Source: Candidatus Woesearchaeota archaeon (lineage in GTDB: Archaea; Nanobdellota; Nanobdellia; Pacearchaeales; GW2011-AR1). From it: a DNA stretch of 64,000 bases. Positions within the stretch are counted from its first letter, which is position 1; the number at the start of each line of letters is the position of its first letter. The notes under the pieces were generated by a model. The model worked only from the letters and a program-made list of their open reading frames with translations, had not been told where the DNA came from and made no database searches. Location: positions 256,661 through 320,660 of the forward strand of contig CAZNJU010000001.1 in assembly GCA_964573625.1 (NCBI GenBank), written 5' to 3'. The position numbers were made by a program, and so were the translations under genes. Positions 10,389-19,548 of the stretch are shown piece after piece.

Positions 10389-10967
10389 TTAATCTTCCGG
10401 CCTAACAGCAAGGAATTGAGTACCATGCTCTGCACGTCGTTTAGCCTTCTCATCAGCACTGTCTGGTTTGAGTAAAAGTGGTGCAATAATCAGCACAAGA
10501 ATTACCACAAAAATAATAGTTGTCCAGTTGTCCTGCCACCAAGAGGAGCCAAACCAGTCGAATTGATTCAAAGTTACAACTGCAATGATAATCGCGACTC
10601 CCAAACCGCCCCACATAAGAGTGTTACTAAAATTAGAAAAATTACCCTTTGTAATGAACAAGCCCATAAGAATTACTACCATGACTACAATAGCAATACC
10701 TATTCCAAAGTTAGGAAATACTGTTGTGAAAAACTGACTAACAATAGGTGCTCGAATAGCCAACAAAGCAATAGCTACTGAGATAATCACATTGATCCCT
10801 CGATTCCCACCCAAGACACGTGTAGAACTCAAAATACCAAAAACTACTGCAAAAATAAGCAAAGCAGGAAGGAAAAAATCAAAGATGCCTGCGTTCTCCC
10901 ATTGAAAATAAAGCTGTTGCAAGGATAACGTCTCTAAAAAGACAGAATGTAGCAGAGTACTTATCAT
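10389..10967 (-). CDS. Multi-pass membrane protein (paralogue 2 of 3)
   Basis: LPALLIFAVVFGILSSTRVLG motif. Confidence 0.7.
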   Translation of the reverse strand: MISTLLHSVFLETLSLQQLYFQWENAGIFDFFLPALLIFAVVFGILSSTRVLGGNRGINVIISVAIALLAIRAPIVSQFFTTVFPNFGIGIAIVVMVVILMGLFITKGNFSNFSNTLMWGGLGVAIIIAVVTLNQFDWFGSSWWQDNWTTIIFVVILVLIIAPLLLKPDSADEKAKRRAEHGTQFLAVRPED

Positions 10968-11011
10968 AAGTTAAAATACAATAAACCCATTTAAATATGT
11001 TTCTCTAAGTT

Positions 11012-11518
11012 TTACTTTTTCTCAGCCGGTTTATCTGAGCCACTACTCATGGCAACATACAAAACCACAACAACAAGACCTACAAAAATGATATTTGTAA
11101 CAAGGGTACTATTATCACTTGAACTATACCACCAATCATAAATATAGCTCCAAGTTCCGGTAGCTACCAGTAAAGTTAAGACAACACCAAGTGCTGCCAA
11201 CACACCAATGGCAATCATAACTCGTGAATGCATTTTAAAGGATCCTGCTCCAAAAGACATCCCATATAGAATCATAAACACTAAGATAGCTACGACTGAG
11301 ATAGCCAGGAAGGGAATCAATGAAGTTATGATATTAGTAGCGTAACCAAAAGAAACAACAAGCAGTCCAATAACGAGCGCGACAATAGCATCTATTTGCT
11401 TTTTACCTTTCCCAAGAATCTCAGTCTTCTGAAGAATTGCAAAGATAACTACAAACACTAGCAAGAAAGGTAAGATAACCTCAGTAAACAGAGGGCTTGA
11501 AAGAATAGTCTGTACCAT
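11012..11518 (-). CDS. Multi-pass membrane protein (paralogue 3 of 3)
   Basis: LPFLLVFVVIFAILQKTEILG motif. Confidence 0.7.
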   Translation of the reverse strand: MVQTILSSPLFTEVILPFLLVFVVIFAILQKTEILGKGKKQIDAIVALVIGLLVVSFGYATNIITSLIPFLAISVVAILVFMILYGMSFGAGSFKMHSRVMIAIGVLAALGVVLTLLVATGTWSYIYDWWYSSSDNSTLVTNIIFVGLVVVVLYVAMSSGSDKPAEKK

Positions 11519-11561
11519 AATTAAAAAAGAGGTTAGATGTATTTAAAACTTTGCTGAAAAA

Positions 11562-11864
11562 TCAGTTAGAGGACAAATCAGCAGTATCAGAACCTGCAGG
11601 AACATCAATAGACGCTTCCTCTCGAACAGGCAAAGAAGCCTTATTGACAATGAATATGTCTCCAATAGATTTTACGAACTGGTGTGGAATAATAACTCCT
11701 CGAGCACCACCAAGAACACTCATGAAACCTCCACCAACGCGAATCTTCCATCCATCAATCTTATTGTCAACAAGGTTAACCTCTTCAATCTGACCAAAGT
11801 AATCGCCATCAGAGGTATAAACGTGCTTGCTCACCATTCCAGTCAATTTTTGAATACGTAACAT
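11562..11864 (-). CDS. PRC-barrel domain protein
   Basis: KHVYTSDGDYFGQIEEV...IIPHQFVKSIGDIFIV PRC-barrel pattern. Confidence 0.8.
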   Translation of the reverse strand: MLRIQKLTGMVSKHVYTSDGDYFGQIEEVNLVDNKIDGWKIRVGGGFMSVLGGARGVIIPHQFVKSIGDIFIVNKASLPVREEASIDVPAGSDTADLSSN

Positions 11865-11978
11865 GGCAAGAAAGTGCATCAGTCCCTATTTATAGTTTAC
11901 GTTTGTTGAGAATATATATTACAGATGTGAAAACAAGTTTACACAAATCTTTATATAAAGTTCGCCTCTCGTAAAAGA

Positions 11979-12623
11979 ATGAAAAAGCAAGAAATAATTT
12001 CGATTCTAGCAGCCGTTCTAGTATTTAGTATAGTATTGAGCTTTAGACAAATCGTGTTAGGAAACATCCTTTATGTCGGAACAGTGATTATTTTTTCAGT
12101 TATTGTAATATTCATAAACATTGGCGCGAAAAAATTGGCTGCCCGTTCTCTAGATTCAGACGTAGAGCACGATTTTTGGTATTGGCAAAGATACGGCCTA
12201 AAACCAGGAGACTACATGAAGAAGAAAATACCAGCAGGAGTTGCACTTCCTCTTATCCTTACCGCGATTTCATTAGGGTTCCTAAAGTGTATGACTTTTC
12301 TTACATATGAAACAACTGCTTTAAGACGCAGAGCGGTGAGAAGATTTGGATTTTACAGTTTTACAGAAATGACTGATTGGCACAACGCACTTATTGGTGC
12401 AGGCGGAATCATTGCCCTTCTGGCTCTCTCATTCATAACGTATTGGTCTCCATTTGTATTACTAGAAGGTCTCTGGAAGGTTAGTGCCTTTTACGCATTC
12501 TGGAATATGCTTCCTGTTTCAAGATTCGATGGAGCCCAGATTTTCTTCGGCTCTCGTGTTCTCTGGACAGCTCTTGCCCTTATAACTGCAGTATTTACTG
12601 CATATGCACTTATTCTAGTATAG
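11979..12623 (+). CDS. Membrane protein related to M50 (site-2) peptidases
   Basis: C-terminal NMLPVSRFDG (NxxPxxxxDG) motif; no HEXXH. Confidence 0.6.
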   Translation: MKKQEIISILAAVLVFSIVLSFRQIVLGNILYVGTVIIFSVIVIFINIGAKKLAARSLDSDVEHDFWYWQRYGLKPGDYMKKKIPAGVALPLILTAISLGFLKCMTFLTYETTALRRRAVRRFGFYSFTEMTDWHNALIGAGGIIALLALSFITYWSPFVLLEGLWKVSAFYAFWNMLPVSRFDGAQIFFGSRVLWTALALITAVFTAYALILV

Positions 12624-12657
12624 ATAAAGCCATAAACCCCTACGACATTCACAAGAA

Positions 12658-14184
12658 ATGATATCTATCGAGCCTAGAAAATACCAACAAGCCATCGTAG
12701 ACACTGCAAAAGAAGCTAATACTCTGGTAGTTCTTCCTACAGGAGTAGGTAAAACATTAATTGCGCTACTATTGGCGATACATCGTCTCGAAAAGTACGC
12801 TCCAAGCAAAGTACTTATGCTCGCACCCACGCGCCCGTTAGTTGAACAACACTTAGCTTCATTCAAAAAACAACTACCTGAATTGTTTGCAGAACTCAAC
12901 ATATTTACTGGAGAAATTCCTGCCTCAACAAGAAAAAAGCTTTGGGAAGAATCGGATATAATATTTTCAACTCCGCAATGCATCGCAAACGACCTTCAGA
13001 AAAGTCTCTATAGTTTGAGTGAAGTCTCTCTCTTGGTAATGGACGAGGCGCATAGGTGCCTTAAGAACTATGACTATACTAAAGTAGTGGATTATTATAA
13101 GAGACAGGCGGAAAACGAGAGAATTCTAGGCCTTACGGCTTCACCAGGTTCAGAGCATGAAACCATCCAGCAAATTTGCAATCACCTAAATATAAAAGAA
13201 GTTGAAGTGCGTTCACGCGAGTCGGAAGATGTCAAACCCTATTTACAAGAACTTGATTTTAAAAAAATAGAAGTTGAATTTCCAAAGGAATTTATCGAAA
13301 TTCGTGTTTTGTTAAAAAAAATATATGATAGCCTTACCTTTCAACTCAAGTCACGTAATTTGCTGTTTGGACCCGCGAATAAAATCACCCTTCTAAAACT
13401 ACAGAATAATCTTGCGCGGCAGGCTTCAAGCGGCAACGGAAATGCCATGTATGGCATGTCTCTTTGTGCACAAGCAATAAAGATTTCGCATGCGCTTGAG
13501 CTCTTAGAAACACAGACCGTTTCAGGGTTAAGGATCTATTTGCAAGGACTTATGAAACAAGCGGAAGAGCAAAAAAGCAGAGGAGTGCAAAGGCTCGTTA
13601 AAATGCCTGAATTTAACGCTGCATATCTTTCTCTTACCCAATTAGTAGCTAAAAAAACCGAGCACCCAAAGATAGAAACAGTCAGGAACATAATTGCTGA
13701 GCAAATGGCTGAAAAAGAAAACGCGAAATCGATAATCTTTACACAGTTCAGAGAAACTGCCTCTGTTCTAGTCAATACGCTAAATGAATTACCAGGTATT
13801 AAAGCTGCAATGTTCATAGGTCAAGCTAAAAAAGGAACAACGGGTTTATCTCAAAAAGAACAGCGAGAGATACTTGTTAAATTTACTTCTGGAGAAATAA
13901 ATACGCTTGTTGCAACATCTATAGGTGAAGAGGGACTAGATATCCCTGAAGTAAGTATGGTAATTTTTTATGAGCCCATACCGAGTGCAATACGAAAAAT
14001 ACAGCGTGCAGGAAGAACAGCGCGTCTTGCACCAGGAAGATTAATGATTTTAGTAACTAAAGATACTCGCGATGAGATACATCATTACGCTTCTGCTGCT
14101 CGTGAAAAACGCATGTATAAAGTCCTTGATGCTGTAAAGAAGGAACTTAAAAACAAACCGAAAACCTTAAAAGAATTTACATGA
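12658..14184 (+). CDS. hef: Hef/FANCM-like SF2 DEAH helicase
   Basis: PTGVGKT, DEAH, TASPG, EEGLDIP, QRAGRTAR motifs. Confidence 0.88.
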   Translation: MISIEPRKYQQAIVDTAKEANTLVVLPTGVGKTLIALLLAIHRLEKYAPSKVLMLAPTRPLVEQHLASFKKQLPELFAELNIFTGEIPASTRKKLWEESDIIFSTPQCIANDLQKSLYSLSEVSLLVMDEAHRCLKNYDYTKVVDYYKRQAENERILGLTASPGSEHETIQQICNHLNIKEVEVRSRESEDVKPYLQELDFKKIEVEFPKEFIEIRVLLKKIYDSLTFQLKSRNLLFGPANKITLLKLQNNLARQASSGNGNAMYGMSLCAQAIKISHALELLETQTVSGLRIYLQGLMKQAEEQKSRGVQRLVKMPEFNAAYLSLTQLVAKKTEHPKIETVRNIIAEQMAEKENAKSIIFTQFRETASVLVNTLNELPGIKAAMFIGQAKKGTTGLSQKEQREILVKFTSGEINTLVATSIGEEGLDIPEVSMVIFYEPIPSAIRKIQRAGRTARLAPGRLMILVTKDTRDEIHHYASAAREKRMYKVLDAVKKELKNKPKTLKEFT

Positions 14185-14843
14185 CTTTTTTTAACATATT
14201 CTCAGATAAGCCTATCAAAAGTAAAAGGAAAACTGTAATAATTGCCGATAACCGAGAGAAAAATTCATTAGTAATCTCTGAATTAATCAAGTTAAAATGT
14301 GATGTAAGCTTTAATCAGCTACCCGTTGGAGATTATTTAATCAATAAACATGTAATTGAAAGAAAAACCATCAATGATTTAAAAAGTTCTATTATAGACA
14401 AACGAATTATAACTCAGATCAAGGGATTAAAACAGGCTACTAGCCCAATTCTAATAATTGAAGGTGTTAACGATGAAATGTATCAAGGTATTATTCATGA
14501 AAATGCCTTTAGAGGATTTATTATTTCGCTCGTAACGAATCACAAGATCCCATTAGTTTATACTTTGGGGCCTGAAGACACTGCAAAGTATCTTGTCCGT
14601 TTAGATAACGGTGGCTCGATAAGTGCAAATTCATTACGTTTTGCCCGCCCTATGATGAGCCCTCAAGAACAAATGAGATTTATTATGGAAGGGTTTCCAG
14701 GCATAGGCCCCGCAACTTCAAAAAAACTGTTTGAGCAATTTGGAACAATTCAAGAAATAATGAATGCTCCTGAAGAATCTTTAAGAAAAAGTATAGGAGA
14801 AAAAGCTTCTATAATCTTAGAATTAAGATCAAAAAACTACTAA
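14181..14843 (+). CDS. xpf: ERCC4/XPF structure-specific nuclease with HhH domain
   Basis: ADNRE, GDY...IERKTINDL ERCC4 motif; FPGIG HhH. Confidence 0.88.
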   Translation: MTFFNIFSDKPIKSKRKTVIIADNREKNSLVISELIKLKCDVSFNQLPVGDYLINKHVIERKTINDLKSSIIDKRIITQIKGLKQATSPILIIEGVNDEMYQGIIHENAFRGFIISLVTNHKIPLVYTLGPEDTAKYLVRLDNGGSISANSLRFARPMMSPQEQMRFIMEGFPGIGPATSKKLFEQFGTIQEIMNAPEESLRKSIGEKASIILELRSKNY

Positions 14844-15139
14844 GTTAAAATTCGTATACGTAATGCTCGAATTTCCATTTTACCATTATATTCATCGATT
14901 ATGCCTTTAACTAATATATTTTTACCACGGTAAGATTGGGTACATTCGCACAAAACACTTGTCCCATTAAGAGTAATGGTGTGATAATTTCCACGAACGC
15001 TCTCTTCAGTAACTGTTCCAGCGATGTAGATTACTTGTTTTAGATAATTGGAGTCTGTATCTGTTTGCAAGGGATGATTCATAAGAAAAATTAGAACAAA
15101 AATTCCTATCAGAGCTATTCCTAAACTGATTGCGCGCAC
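14840..15139 (-). CDS. Small membrane-anchored OB-fold protein
   Basis: N-terminal TM; VKGIIDEYNGKMEI OB-like pattern. Confidence 0.5.
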   Translation of the reverse strand: MRAISLGIALIGIFVLIFLMNHPLQTDTDSNYLKQVIYIAGTVTEESVRGNYHTITLNGTSVLCECTQSYRGKNILVKGIIDEYNGKMEIRALRIRILT

Positions 15140-15186
15140 ATTTCTAAACGGGAAAGGTTTAAATTAACCTTTCGGTTAAAGGAGAT

Positions 15187-16146
15187 ATGGATTTGCAAGA
15201 GAAGCTAAAGTTAGCTAAAGAGAATACCGAGGAAATAGTTACCGAAGAAGAACTACTTGAATTGTTCAAAAGAAAAAAAATTCCTATTGTGTATTGCGGA
15301 TATGAGCCTAATGGACCAATGCATCTGGGCCATATGGTCACAATTACAAAATTAATGATGCTTGAACAAGCCGGATGTAAAATAAAAATCCTATTGGCAG
15401 ATGTTCATGCACTTCTTAATAGAAAGGGCTCTGAAAAAGAAATCGCTCGTGAAGTCGATCAATGGAAAAAAACCATTAAAGCACTGGGCATGAAGGCTGA
15501 AATTGTTAAAGGAAGTGATTTCCAATTCGAGAAAGAATATCAGATTGACGTCATGAACCTTGCTCAAAAGGCGACTATCAATCGAGGAATTAAAAGTATG
15601 CAGGAAATCGCGAGAGATGCTGAAAATGCTACGATATCTCAATTATGGTATCCGCTCATGCAAGTTGCAGATATAAAAGCATTAAAGGTAGATATCGCAG
15701 TAGGTGGAATGGAACAAAGAAAAGTTCATATGATTGGAAAAGATCAATCGGCTACCCTAAATCATCAATTTGTGGCAATACATACACCATTAATAACCTC
15801 TCTCAAGGGTCCGGGAAGCAAAATGTCTAAATCTATACCTGGTTCGGGGATTTCAGTAGTAGATACTCAAGAGGAGATAAGAAAGGCTATTAACGAAGCC
15901 TACTGCCCTATTAAAATAATAGAAGATAATCCGGTTATCCAATTAGTACAATATATAATTTTTCCAAGAATAAAAAAAATAGATATCTTACGTCCTGCAA
16001 AATTTGGAGGAAATGTTTCATTCGAAAATATTCAAAAATTGAAAGAGAGCTATTCTGCAGGAGAGCTACATCCAGCTGATCTTAAGACTGCCGTAATAGA
16101 AAATCTTGAAAAGATAATTGCTCCGATAAGGAAAAAAATAAATTAA
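15187..16146 (+). CDS. tyrS: Tyrosine--tRNA ligase (archaeal type)
   Basis: YCGYEPNG-HLGH, YPLMQVAD, GGMEQ, KMSKS, LHPADLK. Confidence 0.95.
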   Translation: MDLQEKLKLAKENTEEIVTEEELLELFKRKKIPIVYCGYEPNGPMHLGHMVTITKLMMLEQAGCKIKILLADVHALLNRKGSEKEIAREVDQWKKTIKALGMKAEIVKGSDFQFEKEYQIDVMNLAQKATINRGIKSMQEIARDAENATISQLWYPLMQVADIKALKVDIAVGGMEQRKVHMIGKDQSATLNHQFVAIHTPLITSLKGPGSKMSKSIPGSGISVVDTQEEIRKAINEAYCPIKIIEDNPVIQLVQYIIFPRIKKIDILRPAKFGGNVSFENIQKLKESYSAGELHPADLKTAVIENLEKIIAPIRKKIN

Positions 16147-17048
16147 CTAGTCTGGAACTCTACAACATCTCTATCCTTCAAAGAGTGTCCAAGGCCCACC
16201 TTCTGATTCATGAATTTAGCACTTGGGCCAGTAACCTTTGTCTCTCGCACTCGAGAAGAGAACCCTTTCAGAATAGATTCTGCAACATCTCGAACAGTGC
16301 TCCCAATAGGGAGAACTACTGGAAAAGGACTAGGCTTCTTTCCAGGTTCTTTAGTATAAACTCGAATTACTTTCATACCTTTGAAAATATGTTCTTTGAG
16401 AACATTTAGACCGTCTTTCGTAACTGCAGATGTAAGGATATACGGAAGTCGTTTTGATTTGCAGCGCTCTTCTAACTTTCTCCGGCCGTTAGAATCAAGC
16501 AAATCTATTTTTGAAAGCACAACAAGCCGATTGCCTACGGATCGCGTTAAAACTTTTTCTATTTCGGGAAGATCTTCTATTTTTTCTATAACTTCTAAAA
16601 TACAGTCAGCAGTATTAACGAGGCCTATATCAAAATATGAATTTCCTAAGCTAGGTAAATCGACAATTTGGGCCTTAACTCCTTCATAGTCCATAGTGCC
16701 TAGTTCTGGTTGTTGAGTAGTATATGGAAACGTAGATATCGCTGGGCGTGCATTGGTAAGTGCTGCAAGAAGAGAAGACTTTCCAGAGTTAGGCTTGCCA
16801 ACGAGAGCCACCTGATATCCCTCTTTTTTGATTCCGGCCTTACCTTTACCCGTTTTTTTGCTCTTTTCTTTTTTTTCAAGAAACTTCTTAAGTCGCGTTT
16901 TAAGCTCTGCGAGCAGATTCTCGCTTCCCTTGTGCTTGGGCGCCGTTTTAATCATCTCTTCAAGAGCCATAATTCGTTCATCGAGGGTTTGAGCTGCAGC
17001 ATATTTCTTCTCAGCGTTTACATATTCGTATCCTGCATTAATAGGCAT
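16143..17048 (-). CDS. DRG/OBG-family GTPase with TGS domain
   Basis: PKHKG, GKPNSGKS, PYTT, C-terminal TGS (VGLGHSLKDRDVV). Confidence 0.88.
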   Translation of the reverse strand: MPINAGYEYVNAEKKYAAAQTLDERIMALEEMIKTAPKHKGSENLLAELKTRLKKFLEKKEKSKKTGKGKAGIKKEGYQVALVGKPNSGKSSLLAALTNARPAISTFPYTTQQPELGTMDYEGVKAQIVDLPSLGNSYFDIGLVNTADCILEVIEKIEDLPEIEKVLTRSVGNRLVVLSKIDLLDSNGRRKLEERCKSKRLPYILTSAVTKDGLNVLKEHIFKGMKVIRVYTKEPGKKPSPFPVVLPIGSTVRDVAESILKGFSSRVRETKVTGPSAKFMNQKVGLGHSLKDRDVVEFQTS

Positions 17049-17098
17049 GTATCTAGAGATAAGAGATAGTTTATAAATTTCAGGAATTTGAAACCATA

Positions 17099-18292
17099 AT
17101 GAAGTTCATAAAAAAGAAGCTGAAAAATGGCATGACTGTGCTGTTCGAACAGAGGGAGCTTCCAGTAGTGTCTATAGGCATAGCGAATCCCTTCGGAGCA
17201 GCTTTTGAAGAGTCAAAGATAAAGGGGATTGCCCATTTCATTGAACATCTGGTTTTTACCGGAACTAAAACGAGGAATCATGAAGACATCTCTCGAGAAA
17301 TAGAGAAGAGAGGGGGCGTGTTGAATGCCTACACTGCAAACGAAGTAACCTGTTTTCTATTCAAGTTGCCTTCGGAACATTTGTTTGCAGGCCTGGATAT
17401 TTTACAAGATATTATGCAGAATCCTCTATTTAACAAAGACAAATTCGAAAAAGAAAAAAAAGTCATATTAGAAGAAATCAAAATGTATCATGATAATCCG
17501 CAAACATATGTTTTTGAAAAGATAGTTAACAATTTATATCGCGCTCCCTTTGGTGAGGGGGTAATCGGATCTGAAAAAACAATCAAAAGCCTAGAGAGAG
17601 ACTTTGTATATGACTACTATTCTAAAAATTATGATCCTCGAAATTATATTATAACAATTGTAGGAAAGGCAGACATCAAGAAAGTATGTGAATATTTAGA
17701 AAAAACCTTCAAGCCAGTAAATAATAAGAAAAATGCAGAGCCGTTAATAGAAAAAATAAATAGAGAGACTATTGAAGAACGGGAAGGAATTGATCAAGCA
17801 CATTTTCTCTTTGCAATGCATGCCCCATTGCCCAGTGATAAGGCGATGTATGCCTTAGAGGTTCTTGACGCCTATTTAGCAAACGGGATGTCTTCACACT
17901 TATTTCTCACTATCCGAGAAGAAAGAGGTCTTGCTTACAGCATACGTAGTTCAATCAATGCCGAGAAAAGACACGCATATTATACGATTTATGTGGGAAC
18001 TAGAAAAGAAGTAGTAAATGAGGTACGTGAATTAATCATTGAAGGTTTCAAAAAAATGGAAAAAATAACTGAGGCACAAGTTAAAGAAGCAAAAGAAAAG
18101 CTAATAGGCTTAAGAAAAATCTCTAAAGAAGAGAGTCTTTCTGTTATGAATGAATTATTGTCTGCTGAGCTGGTAGGCAACGTGGAAGATTATTATGCTC
18201 ACGAAAAAAAGATTAAGGAAGTTAAAATAGAAGATGTACGTAAGATCGCTAAATTGAGTTCGTTCAGCACTGCTTCAGTTATCCCAAAATAA
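17099..18292 (+). CDS. M16 family zinc peptidase
   Basis: HFIEH inverted zincin motif, NAYT, IREERGLAY. Confidence 0.92.
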   Translation: MKFIKKKLKNGMTVLFEQRELPVVSIGIANPFGAAFEESKIKGIAHFIEHLVFTGTKTRNHEDISREIEKRGGVLNAYTANEVTCFLFKLPSEHLFAGLDILQDIMQNPLFNKDKFEKEKKVILEEIKMYHDNPQTYVFEKIVNNLYRAPFGEGVIGSEKTIKSLERDFVYDYYSKNYDPRNYIITIVGKADIKKVCEYLEKTFKPVNNKKNAEPLIEKINRETIEEREGIDQAHFLFAMHAPLPSDKAMYALEVLDAYLANGMSSHLFLTIREERGLAYSIRSSINAEKRHAYYTIYVGTRKEVVNEVRELIIEGFKKMEKITEAQVKEAKEKLIGLRKISKEESLSVMNELLSAELVGNVEDYYAHEKKIKEVKIEDVRKIAKLSSFSTASVIPK

Positions 18293-18348
18293 GATTTTTT
18301 GATAAAATACTCTCCTAGAATATATTAAGAAATAAAACATGAAGTGCT

Positions 18349-19548
18349 GTGCTTATTGAACTAGTCGGAGGAGTTATTGCTGGATTGATTGTTGGAACAA
18401 TAACGGGCCTTCTTCCAGGAATACACATAAATTTAATTGCTGCGTTTATTGTATCCTCTTCAGCAATTCTAGAAAAGATTAATCCTCTTTCACTTGTAGC
18501 ATTTATTGTTTCTCTAGCAATAACACATACTTCGTTAGATTTTATCCCTTCGGTTTACTTGGGGGCACCAACTGACGAAACTGCTCTTTCGGTTCTCCCT
18601 GGTCACGAACTATTAAAGGAAGGTAAAGGTCATGAGGCAGTAATTATCGCATTATACGGAACAGTAGCAGGAATACTGATTGGGGCAATACTTCTTCCCT
18701 TTTTCCTAAGGTATTCCAAAATTTTCCAACAAGCAATTACAAATATATTGCCATTTATTTTGATAGGAATTTCATTATATGTAATTTTACGTGAAGAGAA
18801 ACCAATAATGGCTGGAGTTATTTTTAGTCTTGCAGGCATATTAGGAATAGTTTCTCTGAATCAACCAATAAATGAACCGCTTCTCCCTTTACTAACCGGT
18901 TTATTTGGAACTTCTGGAATGATTTTAAGTCTAAAAAACAACAATAAGCTTCCTCCTCAAATAAGTACGCCGCTCAATGAAATAAAAATCTCTAGAAAAG
19001 AATTAATTTCTGTGTTAATAGCTGCAATAGTTGCAGCACCCATCGGATCTTTTTTACCTGCTCTAGGTTCAGGATATGCTGCGCTTATTGGAAGTGAAGT
19101 GAGGGAATTATCAAGAAAGGCATTTTTATTCCTCAACGGGCTACTTAATACGACTATTATGATGATGAGCTTTGTAATGATATTCACATTGAATAAAGCA
19201 AGGACTGGTGCTGCTGCAGCAATTAGTGAACTGCTCACTAAGATAAGCATAAGCGACTTGACGATTATGCTTATTATCAGTACAATTACAATACTGTGTG
19301 CATTTATCCTTGGAGTATACCTTTCTAAAGTGAGTGCCAAGTTCATATCTCAGGTTTCTTACCCGGTTATTTCTGGAATGATTATTATTTTCGTAACTTT
19401 GTTAGTGGTAATTCTATCGGGATTTATAGGAGCACTAGTTTTAATGACTGCGACATCACTAGGAATATTTACAGTACGATCAAATGTAAAAAGAACAACT
19501 CTTATGGGCTGTTTAATTGTTCCAACAATTATATATTATCTTATCTAA
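18349..19548 (+). CDS. TctA-family (tripartite tricarboxylate transporter) membrane protein
   Basis: GLLPGIHIN, FIPSVYLGAP, LPGH motifs. Confidence 0.8.
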   Translation: MLIELVGGVIAGLIVGTITGLLPGIHINLIAAFIVSSSAILEKINPLSLVAFIVSLAITHTSLDFIPSVYLGAPTDETALSVLPGHELLKEGKGHEAVIIALYGTVAGILIGAILLPFFLRYSKIFQQAITNILPFILIGISLYVILREEKPIMAGVIFSLAGILGIVSLNQPINEPLLPLLTGLFGTSGMILSLKNNNKLPPQISTPLNEIKISRKELISVLIAAIVAAPIGSFLPALGSGYAALIGSEVRELSRKAFLFLNGLLNTTIMMMSFVMIFTLNKARTGAAAAISELLTKISISDLTIMLIISTITILCAFILGVYLSKVSAKFISQVSYPVISGMIIIFVTLLVVILSGFIGALVLMTATSLGIFTVRSNVKRTTLMGCLIVPTIIYYLI

